A stretch of DNA of 64,000 bases from Lingula anatina (lineage: Eukaryota > Animalia > Brachiopoda), in assembly GCA_051362555.1 (NCBI GenBank), contig CM120645.1, positions 24,642,934-24,706,933 of the forward strand, written 5' to 3'. A program made the position numbers and the translations under genes. The notes beneath the pieces were generated by a model. That model was not told where the DNA came from. It saw only the letters and a list, made by a program, of their open reading frames with translations, and did no database searches. Every line of letters begins with the position of its first letter. Position 1 is the stretch's first letter. Below are positions 13,464 through 26,500 of the stretch, piece by piece.

Positions 13464-14509
13464 TATCGAACAACAAATGTGTTTACATCCATAAAAATTC
13501 TAAATCACTGTCAAACTGCTGCGTTTGTTAAAGAGAAAATTTGGACGCACAAATTGTTGACGGGTGCTTCGCCTCTGTGTTGCAGTGTAATATATATCCA
13601 GCGAGGTACTTGCTCAAAAGGGGTTTTCAGAAGACGGGTTCAGCAGGAAGGATATCATAGATATGCTGCATTAATAAAAAGTGCATAAAAAGAAGACGGT
13701 CCTCACCTGTCAGACCATGGGCGGTAAAGAGCCATGCCGTGTTTACCACCTTTGGAGGCCCGCGGGATCCACGGGTTGGCCGACCACGGGATTAACAATT
13801 TACGGTACCATGCAGCGCTGTGGTCTCTCTGGGGTGTCCTCCACTTGGACCCCTGCGTCCCTGGTACATCTGGGGAGCCTGGCCCATGCACACCTGTTCC
13901 CACCGTTGACTCTGAGAGAGAGGTCAAAGTATCTGGTGCTGCTTCGGCTGCAGTTTTATCCCCAGCTAACGCTACCGCTGGAGGCGCCTTTGTAGTAGCT
14001 AACACATTTTCAAGAGTAGAAGAAGATGCTTTGTCGGTGTCTGCTACACCTGCAGTATTTTCTGTAGTCGTCTTTTCTGTTTCATCCTTTGTAGAAGCAC
14101 TCCATGGATAACCTGCCACAGTTCTTCCGGTGCCTGGGCCCCACGCCATGGGGCTTAACCAGGCACCAGGACGCCACAATGTCATCACGGGCACTGCATA
14201 AATCTTAGCTTTCGTTTTCTTCTCAGTAGGCGTTTCGTTTTGCATTTTGCTCTCAGCGTCGAGAAAACTTTCTCCAGATCTCTTGATTGACATCCAGGGA
14301 AATGCCACCCAATGGTTCACAATTCCAGCTGGGTAATAACCATAGTTGTGCCATAACCCGTTCCACCCTACGCCTGGCCACGCCCTGTGGGTCTCTGGGG
14401 GTTGACTGTCCTCTGATTTGATGGGCGTTTTCACATCAGGAACTGGATGACCCCTGAGGACTGTTGTCAGTGCCACCAGCAACCACCATCCCTCGGTGAC
14501 GGTGTTCAT
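8216..14509 (-). CDS. Secreted Trp-rich / Met-Thr-rich repeat protein with degenerate chitin-binding type-2-like module; frameshift at ~10966
   Basis: Exon 1 14509-13707 (signal peptide, Trp-rich blocks, donor AG|gtgagg), exon 2 12802-12189 (Met/Ser/Gly/Glu repeats, donor G|gtgaga), exon 3 from 12022 (CDPSLPNGVYANPD..TFCSNGFAWEIPCPLG...C, then MPASNTMMTGD[AT] repeats). Splice phases (2, then 1) join in frame. The frame breaks at 10966-10980 (stop at 10941); the downstream ORF continues to 8216. Confidence 0.75.
8685..11530 (-). repeat. Coding 36-bp tandem array (12-aa unit, roughly 70 copies) with higher-order spacers
   Basis: Plus-strand unit catcatggtattacttgctggcatagcatcccctgt. Spacer TVRRENSMLILTMDPMPASKT[AE]ATRNS recurs at ~8685-8765, ~9685-9765 and ~10535-10615. 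Confidence 0.97.
12270..12730 (-). repeat. Coding repeats in exon 2 of the secreted protein
   Basis: About 7 copies of a 30-bp unit (MTDRESGEG[TAV]) at ~12530-12730, and about 3 copies of a ~63-bp unit containing SVEGTDM at ~12270-12430. Confidence 0.9.
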
Positions 14510-14559
14510 ACTGGACGCTGCTGATCAGATACCGTGTAGGGGCAGCGACCAGGAGTGTT

Positions 14560-14600
14560 CACTGATGACACATACAGGTAGATCGCTCTACGTTTTATAC
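14560..14600 (-). promoter_or_regulatory. Putative TATA + Inr core promoter of the secreted protein gene
   Basis: Minus-strand TATAAAA at 14599-14593, then TCAGT (Inr-like) at 14565-14561, about 50 nt upstream of the ATG at 14509. Confidence 0.5.
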
Positions 14601-14963
14601 CTAACCCCTAATCGCAAACTGATTTGACTTTGATCTATTAGACAAAAAGGAATGAAGAAATTGGTGAAGATACCTATATAAAAAGCCCGACTGAAGCAAT
14701 AAAAATATTTGAAAGTCCATCAAATTTTCGATAATGACAGTTCGGGAAGCTTTGATGTTTTTTATGCACGGCATGGTCACAATTAGTCAAACCAATAGAT
14801 TCATATCTCCGTGAATAAACAATAAACCAAACACAGAAGGAAAAACGCACTATAAGTTCATCAGAATATCCTCAGTAAGTGGGGCCTCACAGAGAACGTA
14901 TTGTTATTGCAAAATTTTATTTGGTCGTCACGAGTATATATTGAGGAAGCCCATCTTTACTTA

Positions 14964-15198
14964 GGGGTCATTCATTATTATCATAATTTTCCCAAGTCTA
15001 CAAAGCGTACACTTTTTCTAGACACCTCCCACCTTCAGACCGTACAAGTGGAAAACTAAAAAAATCATGACCTTTTGACAGCCATTTGGATCATAATTTT
15101 TATTATTGTTGAAAAGCTAACAGAAGGCATTGACCCCCCCACCCCCCCAGTGTACGGTTTGTATACTTGTGAAAATAATGATACAAATGGATAACCCC
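14964..15198. mobile_element. PIF/Harbinger (Tourist-like) MITE
   Basis: Terminal inverted repeats ggggtcattcatt / aatggataacccc (11/13 match), flanked by TTA on both sides (14961-14963, 15199-15201). Confidence 0.65.
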
Positions 15199-18145
15199 TT
15201 ACTCTAATGTTTCCTCAACATTTCTTAGTTTGAAAAATGTTCAGTCGCCTGTCTTTTCTAAATTTCAAACAAACTTTTAAAATGTTATAGAAATAAACTC
15301 ATTTGCCAAAATATCAAATGTATATCTATATACTTCCAAGTAAACTGATTACGCTATCTAAAAGTACACACATTCGTGAATTCGGTCTAACAGTTCCCTG
15401 TGTGCATGTGACCATGTAACGTTGGTAACAAAGATGTTAGCTGCTCAAACTAACGTACGTTTTTTTGTAAAACTGGGGTCAGGTTATGAAGTTTTATGAA
15501 CGATTTCTAATATATCATATCGTTTTACTTAATCTTTGAAGATGGATATTTAACTCACTTTATTAATTATAAAAAACAAAAGCACGCATTCATGCAAGCA
15601 TGCACATACAAGCATGCACATACAAGCATGCAGATTCAAGCAGTGGCATACACAAACGCATGAAATATAAGTAAGCAGTTGCATAAAACGGTGGGCCTAG
15701 CCCCCCCCTCCCCCCTCCCCCCCCCCTTTTGTTCTTTTTGCAGGCACTTCCTTCATCGAAGCAGGGAGGTTTAGGTTATTTGCCTTTTGTTACATTCAGC
15801 AATGCCTCAGCCAAATCTAATTCAATCGAACGTACATGTCAATCATTTTTTCTGGATGTTAACCCCCCTCCTCCCCCCTCCCCCCTACAAACACAAACAA
15901 TTTGCTGCCTACGCGCCTGCGCCAATATGGCCAACGCGCGTGTGCTGAGTTAATAAAAACATAAATGACCTTTACGTTCAACAAGAGACAACATAATTCA
16001 TGACTAAAAATGAACAATAAATCTTACCTGGAGTGATTAGATAGATAACATCTGAGGATTGCCGGGTAATTTGCTGAGTACAGATATGGAGTTAAACTAT
16101 TTCACCGCGGAAAAAACTAAAGGTCTTCGTGAAAGATTGGACTCTTTGCCAAGACGGTTGGAGGAAAAAAACAGATCTTGGTTGTTGCGAAGGGAGCCTT
16201 CTTTATTTTGGAGAGGATGGGAGCTTTTTCTCATCTCATGGAAGTTATGTACTATATGGATACAAATAATAATCTTACTGCTTCGCGTATCTTATTTTTC
16301 ACTACTGGCACTTTTTCTTTCTTCTTCAGTTCCTTTCCTCATAAATTAATTCCTTAGATTGATTATTTCTGTCAGCATTGTGCACATATTGGAGGACATT
16401 AAAGTGTCAGTTACCATGCTGCAGTAATTATTAAGCTGCACAATTGATATGATAAGATGACGTGCAGATTTCTTTGCTGAAAGAGAAATGTGTAAGAAAT
16501 ACAACACCAGTCACCATCCGTTCGCATGCCAATTGATCCTAACTCACCCGGGTTATTATCACTGCTAATTAGTGGACTTTCAGTGTCAAAGAGGTTTTCA
16601 TCAGGCACCACTTAATACTGCAGCATTTGTTTCACGTTGTAACATATTTTCTTATTAACATTCCCTTTTCTTACCCAATGTCTGTATAGAAACTATAACT
16701 TCAGAAATGCCTTTTACGATAACTCCACGAATTGGGCATAGCAGTGATATAAACCAAATGAATAATAACAAACAGATATCAAACAAATAGAAAAGGCCTA
16801 GATACATTGCTAAGTATATATGCGGAACTCTAATACCATACCAGCACATGCGTCAACTGGCTTGAGTCAACGAAGCCTGCTCTATGCATTGTGGGCCCTT
16901 TCGGCATAAAAAAAAACGCCTTTGAAATAAGTATCGTGGTACATGGTCCGTCGTCAGAGAACCCGTTTACCTGGCAACAAGCCATCATCGATTCATGTTT
17001 GTTACGTCACAATGATCTAAGTGACGCAATAATGCGATGACGAAATATAACAACGGCTGGCGTTACCGATTATGACTGTGGTGTTACGTTGCCATCGCTA
17101 CAAGGCGTGTAAACACTGTCAGGTGACATTTATAGTATTTGTTTTTTATTATTTTGGGCACTTTTGTTCAAAACCAAGTGATTATAAGGATTCAGTGATG
17201 TTTATAACTGGAGCTTTAATGTTTTTTGCTTTCCTCAAGAAAGTTAAGGTGATATACAGACAAAAAGTATATTGTAAGTATTTCTTTTTAATTAACTTTA
17301 TCGTATTTCTCCGCTCTTTATTTCTCTGTTCACCTTATCGTAGTTATTTATATATTTTCTGCATATTACGCAAGAACTTTTCAACAATATTGTCCCTAAT
17401 CTTAATCTTATCTGTAAACCGTTTATTTGGTGATGAATATCATTCAGCCATCTATTTTCCGTCTGCATCTAGATGTAATCATTCCATTTTATTCTATTGG
17501 TATTTTTACAGTTTTCATTGTTTCACCGAGTAAAATCAATGCACGTTGGATTTAATTAGACACAGTGAAACAGTCTAAGAACACTGGTAAATGATAATAA
17601 TAAAACTGTACACATTTTATATGTAGGTAGTAACGGTGGGTGCAAAGCTGCAGTAGAGAAGTTCTTATTACAACATTATGTGAAAGCTCGGGTTGTCGGC
17701 GGTGAGAACTCTCTACCTAGAACAGTTTGTGTAGCGGTTTATATTTACCAACATGCATCTCTTTATTTCATAGTAACGTTGACAACTTTGAATGCTAATG
17801 AAAATAAGAATAAAATAAGTTTACATATGCCTCGGTCATCTGCCACAGGTCTTATGTATTTCGTGTTCAGGCGAAATAATCTCTCTTGTCTGAGGTTATT
17901 GTTATTTTACTTGGTTTATCTTTTGTATATATCTGCCGCAGGGGCTCGTAAGAAGACCAGACAACCGGCGAAACACAGAAGCCCAACAAACAGCGAAGTG
18001 AGTTCATATTTTTTCAAATCATTGAGTAGAATCAGGCCATAATTACTATATATATTGTACGGTGGAGTTTTCAACAGAATGAAAAGTTGAAAGCGGAATA
18101 AAAATACGGTCACAGCAGAATAATAGTTCATCCTCTCCTTTGACA

Positions 18146-18980
18146 TTATTAGGATTCCCCATAGGGGAATACTATTGTTTTTGGTAGTATTATTATTATT
18201 ATTCTTTCCGCGCGTTTTTTTTCGCAAAAAATCTGAAATAATTATCATAGGTAGCCCATGGTGAGAATATGCCACAGACCCAGTTTCAGTGACCTTGACC
18301 TACTTTTCAAGGTCACAGGGGCTTTTAAAGGCAAAATTTGTAAAATTTGAAATTGCCATTACGCCTAAAGTATAGGCCATATGGCTTAGGGCCTTATGGC
18401 CAATGATACTGAGCCAAATCCACAGATAATGACCTACTTTTATGCAAGTAGGTCAAGGTCAAGGTCGCTCATGGCCAAACGGGCTCAAAAAAGGTTTGTT
18501 TCCGAGATCTCCAAAACCGGAAGGCCCAGAGCCCTAATCATAGTGGCAAATGATGCCCTAAATATTTATCTAAGGTTAGCCGTACTTTAGTAGCGACTAC
18601 CTAATTACTTTTTTTAATATAGATTTTTAAATATTTATGACATTGCAGAAATCTTGAGTTGGGCAATTTCTCCATGAAACACTGGTTTTTAGTCATAGCA
18701 TGCTATAGTAAACTACTCCAAACATATACCCAAAACCCCCAAATCAAATGTCTAATTTGACCTTGACCCTCATTTTCAAGGTCATTTGGCTATTTCATGG
18801 AGAAATATTGCAGTGGGCTAGAGTGATGTTTTGTTGACCCCCCCCCTCAATTCGCACATGCTCTTTCAGAATATTGGGTCAAATTTAACCCATGACCTTC
18901 ACATGACCTTGTAAGAGCATTTCCACACCTATTTTGCAGGGGAATCCTCCGCCACTGGCTTTAGCCAGTAGCAGTCTAGT
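18146..18980 (+). mobile_element. Non-autonomous Helentron/HINE (DINE-1-like) element
   Basis: 5' aggattcccc-ata-ggggaat palindrome, (tta)n microsatellite, internal gaccttgacc/ggtcaaggtc motifs, 3' subterminal inverted repeat ggggaatcct (~18939), hairpin gccactggctttagccagtagc, terminal ctagt and T-rich flank. Confidence 0.75.
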
Positions 18981-20280
18981 ATTAGATTGTTTTTTTTTAA
19001 AGTACTGTATAGTGGGAATACATTTTGTAAATTTGAATTTGTCATCATAAAACATTTAATAATATCAAATATACTTAAAACTTTGATATTGGAAAAAAGT
19101 TTTATAAGTCTATAGCGGTCACACACTATCTATCGCATACAGTACATACGTACACTGGGGTGGTGTGGTCAGCCTGCTTTTACAGTGTTCAACACTCAAA
19201 CACTATAAATAACCCAAGCCATAGTGTTGCCGTATCCTGAGGCATTACGTACTCAACCAAAAAGTTGAAAGGTACTCAGTAGTGACCAGGGCCTATTGAC
19301 CCATTAGAGCCTGCGTCATCAAAACAAACGGCAGCCATACTGGAGGGAGACCGGAATCGTCTGCTGCGCATGAACAAGCCATGTCTGTAGTTCAGTTTTC
19401 GTTTTCTGTATTTTTTTTTCATATTTAACCGAGCAAAATGATGAATTACTGCAGGGTATTTGATCGAGAGAAGGTAACTTACTTTACAAGCGTTCACAGA
19501 CTGCCTGCAGTGGTAAAAATCCATGGTGAAGGAACTAAAACCATAAACGGAGGAGAGACGGCGAGGTGGCTTTGAATCAAGACTCTTCGGAAAAGTAAAG
19601 GATAAAAATAATTTATTTTATAGCAAAGAATGAAGAGCCAACTGTGCAGATTTACCATAAAAGAAAAAACAGTAGAACACCAAAGACCTAGGTGTGTACG
19701 TTTGGGGCGCAGGTATATATTTAAAGTAGTGCCCAAAAAGTGTGGATGGAGAGTGTGTTAATTTGTTAAAACGTGTGGAAATACCCAGGCAGGGTTTCGA
19801 CTTTTGTAATGAAGACTCACCTATTGCCTTGGGTGTAATTTGTTATCAGTTACGGTGCTCTCTAGATTTTATCGGCTGTCACCTACCTCTTTTATACCTG
19901 GTTAGCATTATTCCCAATTAGTGTCAAGGCTATATTTGTACTGTACACAGCTGAGCTGGGCCAATTAAATCAATTACCTGTATGAAGTGTATTTGGAAGT
20001 TAGTGGCTTAATTTTCGATTTGGTGTAGTGATAAGAGTAATTTTATTTTGCAAGTAAATTCTACCTCAGGTGTAATTGACATATAACTTTAATAACCTCA
20101 TGAAATAATTTTGCACTTTCCTCTGTAAAAATGTTAAATTCTGCTCCTTTCAACTGTAATGTTGTAAGTTATAATATGAATAAAAATCACTATTGTTATC
20201 TTTCTATTAATTTAGATTTACATGTAGGAAATTGATCAGGCATTTCCCACCAAGCCACACTGATTGGGTGCAAGTAAATT

Positions 20281-20323
<43 letters not shown>

Positions 20324-22304
20324 GGAAGCTTTTGATGACAGGTACAAAAGGCAGCTAGATGACATACAAGGTAGAAGCAGCAAAAAATATTCCTAGATCT
20401 CTGTGACCAGCTGAGGAGACAGGATCTGAACATCAGGAGAGTGAAATCCAGTGCATGACAGGAGTTATTTAATTGAAGCGACACTCAGAACTCAGCATTT
20501 CATGTTCACTTTTATTCATACAAAATGTGCACTTTTCCTTTATGTTTAAGCAAATGGTTGCAGAAATCAATTCATGAACTGAATTATTATTTTACATTGG
20601 ACATCATAAATACATGATTGTGAAAAATGCCTTGCTTCTGTGAATGACTGAATAATAATAAAATCCTAACAATGTTGCTTATATGAATGGTTGCATTCAT
20701 GGTGAATATTAAACTCTCTCAAACAACAGTCTCGTTACATGTACTTTCTAATGAACCAAAATGAAGTACAAGAATGCTGAAATAATTTAAAAAGTTGATG
20801 ATGGTATAGAGCAAATGTTCTGCATACTTTACTTCTGTACTGTATAAACAATAGCATCTGAAAATCCCCAATTTAGTTAGGCTTTACATTAAAAAAAGAG
20901 AACAACAAATACCTGATATTGCAGTTTTAAAGTAAATTTAAAATACATGAATTTTGTTCACTGAATACCTAGCAAAATATTCTCAATGCAAATGGTATAT
21001 AAAATTTTATAAAATCAGTTTGATACAATACTTTTTATGGCAGTAGATGTATTTTGAAAACTTATTTACAACACAACTCACCAACTTTATTTTGATACAA
21101 AGGACGTCTTTTTCATCATTGACATAGTTTCTATTGCTCCATTGATATCAAGTGTATAGTCCCATGGCAAATTCCCATTCTCTAAGTCCCACTTAAACTG
21201 AGGTTTGAGGATATTTGTAGTGCCTAACAAATGCTTCTGTGAATGACTGAACTAATAATAAAATGCTAACAATGCTGCTTATATGAATGAACAACAGTCT
21301 TGTTACATGTACTTTCTAATGAACCAATATGAAGTACAAGAATGCTGAAATAATTTCTGACAGCTTCACGATGTAAAGATAAGTCATAACTAACAGCAAT
21401 ATTTCATGTCATAAGACAATCATACATTCTTCCTTGAATCCACAAGGGTTTATCCTAATGATCAGCTCAAATTTTTTATATCTATCCTTTATGAAAACAG
21501 TTGCTTCTATTTATGGTTAAACTTATGATTACACATTAAACTCTCTCAAACTATAACTGTTATTACCCAATGAACAAGAAAAATGAAGTACAAGATAACT
21601 GAACTATCTTCTGACAACACGATGTTAGGTAAGTAGCATTTAGACTGTCTTGAGTTCATATCGGTCGATCCCGCTGATCAGCTGAAGCCTCAGCTTGTAT
21701 ATATCCCTTTCCCTTTGGTGTCCTTGATCGTGATATGAAGTTTACTTTATTTTATTTGGTTTACCTATATTTACGCTACTATTCCCCGTCGTTCATTCCC
21801 TCCAGCATGGCCGCGGGACTAGTGTTACGGAGCAAATATGACGTCACTGTAATCGGTTAATATACGCACCGTGTTAAGATAAGTCATGGAATATAGCTCG
21901 TCTATTAAAATGCATATACAAAAATTATATGGCTAAATAAAACGACTAGTCGAGACGTTGCAGTGAATCCATTGCCATAAATAACTTATCATAGACTATA
22001 CCTCGTTTATCGTCCAGGGAATACTATATATGGGTGTCTATATGTCAAGGCCCAGCAAGCCGAGACAGAGCGCACGAAAGCGGACTAGCTTGGGACGACA
22101 CATTGAGGGGTTCAGGGAAAGATCGACTGGTACGACCAGAGGAAAGATCGAGCTTTATAAATAAATCCCATAAATCAGTTAATATGAACCTTCTTAGTGA
22201 ATAAACGAGAGAGAGAGAGAGAGAGAGGGAAAGAGAGATGGAGAGACTAAACAAAAGTGCGTGTGCATGTCTGTGTGTGTGTGAGTGAGAGAGACTAAAC
22301 GAAG

Positions 22305-22335
<31 letters not shown>

Positions 22336-23540
22336 ATGTGAGAGAGAGAGAGAGAGATGTATCGGTCCCATATATCAGTCAAAGTTTAATGAAAAGCACA
22401 ACAATTTTACCTTGCATCAACAACACTGTCTAGAGTAGCCTTGGTGTGTTTGCAAGCATGTCCTTCAATTCCCTTTTTTAACTGTTTTGCAACTGCCTCA
22501 TTGTGATAAAAAATCTATGACGTATTGAGAATGAATCTTTACTTGAAATTTATTTCTGTTTTACAGGCCAATTACACCATAGGATTGTTCCAGTCAACTT
22601 GCTGAAAGAAAGAGGAATTCTCATGCCCACAAGATACTATTTATTCACCATAAAATTAAAATATAGAATTAAAAACATTGCTTTGCATATTTTTGTTATA
22701 AATAAAAATAGAATATTATATAAAAATTAAACCACATTTCCAAACTTTCAAATGCTTTTCTTTGGTTTCCAGACATTTTCTATTTCTGAAAATGAAGAAT
22801 TGTACAACTTACGATTACAATAACTGTAAAGGGGATTTTTCAAATTGATCCCACAACACTTTTAACTGTAACAATTTACAGCCATATATAATAACATTTA
22901 AATGTCCTTTAACAGACATAATAGCAATGGTAATATTCAGATAACTCTTATCTAACCCTAACCTTAAGCCTAACCCGCCCATGAAACATAACATTATTTA
23001 TCTTCAGGCACTGCAGCATGCACTGCAAATTGAACTAGGCAGCAAAACTGACAGGTGTGCAGACACTTAACAGAAAAAAATAATTTGCATTGTTTCATTT
23101 AAACATAAACAAGAACATTCCAATAAACATGGAAGACCAATGCTTTGGGCAAGATTGAAAAAGAACACAAAATATGCCATAACTTTTGTTATTTTTTTTT
23201 CAAAGTAAGCCTGATTTCTTACCCAGCAAAGTCATACAGTAATTTCCAAGTAAAAAAAAAATATTGTTTGGTGCTTTTGGTTAATGTTGCAAAAAAAAAA
23301 TAAAAAAAATAAAAAATAAAAAAAATAATAATAATTACCTTTTCAAGAATAATCAATGCATGCTGATTTACATAAAAAGACTGCATTTACCAAACATAAG
23401 TTTGAAGTTAAACAAAAACACAGTGTAGTCCCAGTATATACAAAATTTTTTGGTGATATTTCCCAGTTTTCTCACTAACTAGTAACTAACTGTCTATCTT
23501 ATACCTTCATTACAATTTTTTACTATTATTGTCACTGTGA

Positions 23541-26500
23541 TCATGCTTTCTTTTGGCTAAAGCCATCTACAATTCCTCGAACCTCTTTGATTTCATCAAC
23601 AAAAACTCTACAACAGCCTCCTATCCAGGTGGCGCCCTCTTTCAGCCATGTGGGTGTGTAGGAGGGAATGGACAGCAAGCTCTCCTTGCCAAACCAACTG
23701 AAATATACAATAACACAGGGTCAGTGGCTGACATTTTACACTTATGTTTGGATACATAAAAGCTTACAAGAAAAACATTCATACTTTACACACCTGCGCA
23801 CACAAAAGAACAAACCAATGTACTCTAAACAGCCAAACACGGTGAGTAAATATTTATTAAACTTCATATCTTATCCAGACATAAATACTGCTTGGGTACA
23901 CAAGAATTTTTGTCCTGTTTCTTTCATGTCAAAATAAGTAATAATGAAACTTACTGCTTCTCAGCAGACCACTTTTCTCCACTGTTAGGATAGACAATGA
24001 CTGCCTTGCCACTGTCTCTAGCTTTCCTGCAGCCCTGTAGTAAAGATGTGACATGTTCTGGTGCTGTACAGTTCACACCCACTGCTACCACCTGGTCACA
24101 GTCTAGAACTGCCTCTACTGCCTGGCTCATAGGTTCCCCATGGTGGGTGTGGCCACCATCCTAAAATACAGAGATATGCAGATAAGAACAGTCTAGAACT
24201 ACCTCTACTCCCTGGCTCATAGGTTCCCAATGGTGGGTGTGGCCACCATCCTAAAATACAGAGATATGCACATATGAACACGCTCTAGAACTGCCTCTAC
24301 TGACTGACTCATAGGCTCCCCATGCTGGGTGTAGCTGCCATTCTAAAATACAGAGATATGAATATATGATGAAATAAATGAATACAACCACGTACAGTTA
24401 TGTAGTCACACACAGTCATGGCTGATATCTTTACTATGACAATAGAGAGTTTCCGGTGCAGTTGGGATATGACGGCTAGATTGTTACGTATGTGCAAATG
24501 TATCTAGTAACGCGCTACTCTTTTCACGTTCCGGTGTAAAGTCCCGGAATGCTGGCGCTTCCCGCCATAGGTGGCGCTCATTCCAATATAATAACAATAT
24601 ACAGCCCCTTAGCCATCTATTTCCAAGGGGGAGATTCTTTTTTTTATGAAAAAGTAGACAAATATTACCCAAAAGTGCAATTTTTCCTGACAAATATGGC
24701 GGTTAGTAAGAACCCCACGATCAACCCCCACTACGTGCCTGACAAACCAAAACTACCGATTCCTCTCTCTTAAAAAGTCGAAATTTGCATGAACTTACAC
24801 TTGAACTATTGTAAAAAAAGTATATAAGGCATATAAATTAGCAAACATAACCTTTAATAACTATTTTCAATAATTTTCCGCACTGGCTAGATAGGAGCGC
24901 TTGTATTCTGCAGACTAGATAGGACGACGGTATATGAACGCGGTGAACGTCACAAGTGCGCACAAACCAATGACGTATTAATCTAGCCGGCGTATCTCAC
25001 CGGCAACGGAAAATCTCTAATATAAAGAGCCCTTTCTTACAGTAACACAGTATAAATATACATACATGATGTATATGAATCTTGCCAATTTCCATTTTTC
25101 TCTTTACATTTTAAAATTTTATTCCAATTTTTATTTCTTTATTTATTTCTTCTTTCCACCTTATCAGTATATTCAATTTTTCACAATGAAATATCTGCTT
25201 GCTCAAAGATACATCTGCTTTTAGCTGTGAGTTTTTTAAAATCATAAATATGTAAAATGGAATGGAATGTTTGAATTTTGCATGCACCATACTAACTTTA
25301 CATGAATAAGCCACCCAAGCTCTGGAGTGTGGGAACTCTTTCAGCAGTTCTACCAGAGCCTTGGCCTCTAACACGGCAGGAAGGGTCTCAAAGGCGAAGA
25401 GGTCCACCCCGCTGTTCACAAGAATCTCCATCCTGGGCCGGTGCCACTGCTTCAGGTACTGCACATCACAGACATGGTTTATAATCAAAATGAAATATCT
25501 ACAACAACTAAATCTATATTCATTGACAACCCTTTACTATTTACATGTAGATTAAAAAAAGATGTTAAATTCAAAACTTCATGAAATATTTTATTTCAAA
25601 ATAATAGCAAATTTTAAGTATATCAAATGTTAAGCAAAAGTATAATACCTGAGTAATCATTCTTACTAACAACATATTCACACAGACATACCTCAACCAT
25701 GTCCTCAGGGTCCTTGGTATCCACACACACCAGTATATTCTGTACCATATCACACAGACATACCTCAACCATGTCCTCAGGGTCTTTGGTATCCACATAG
25801 ACCCCAGTATATTCTGTACCATATCACACAGACATACCTCAACCATGTCCTCAGGATCCTTGGTATCCACATAGACCCCAGTATATTCTGTACCATATCA
25901 CACAGACATACCTCAACCATGTCCTCAGGGTCCTTGGTATCCACACACACCAGTATATTCTGTACCATATCACACAGACATACCTCAACCATGTCCTCAG
26001 GGTCTTTGGTATCCACATAGACCCCAGTATATTCTGTACCATATCACACAGACATACCTCAACCATGTCCTCAGGGTCCTTGGTATCCATATAGACCCCA
26101 GTATATTCTGTACCATATCACACAGACATACCTAAACCATGTCCTCAGGGTCCTTGGTATCCACATACACCAGTATATTCTGTACCATATCACACAAACA
26201 TACCTCAACCATGTCATCAGGGTCCTTGGTATCCACATAGACCCCAGTATATTCTGTACCATATCACACAGACATACCTCAACCATGTCCTCGGGGTCCT
26301 TGGTATCCACATAGACCCCAGTATATTCTGTACCATATCACACAGACATACCTCAACCATGTCCTCAGAGTCCTTGGTATCCACATAGACCCCAGTATAT
26401 TCTGTACCATATCACACAGACATACCTCAACCATGTCCTCAGGATCCTTGGTATCCACATAGACCCCAGTATATTCTGTACCATATCACACAGACATACC

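Noticed and set aside
16030-17100. Several short ORFs and a CpG-richer patch, possibly a decayed element
   Set aside because: No recognisable domain, termini or splice structure.
20620-21620. Degenerate local duplications (~20625, ~21230, ~21535)
   Set aside because: Ordinary decayed intergenic duplication with no coding or structural signal.
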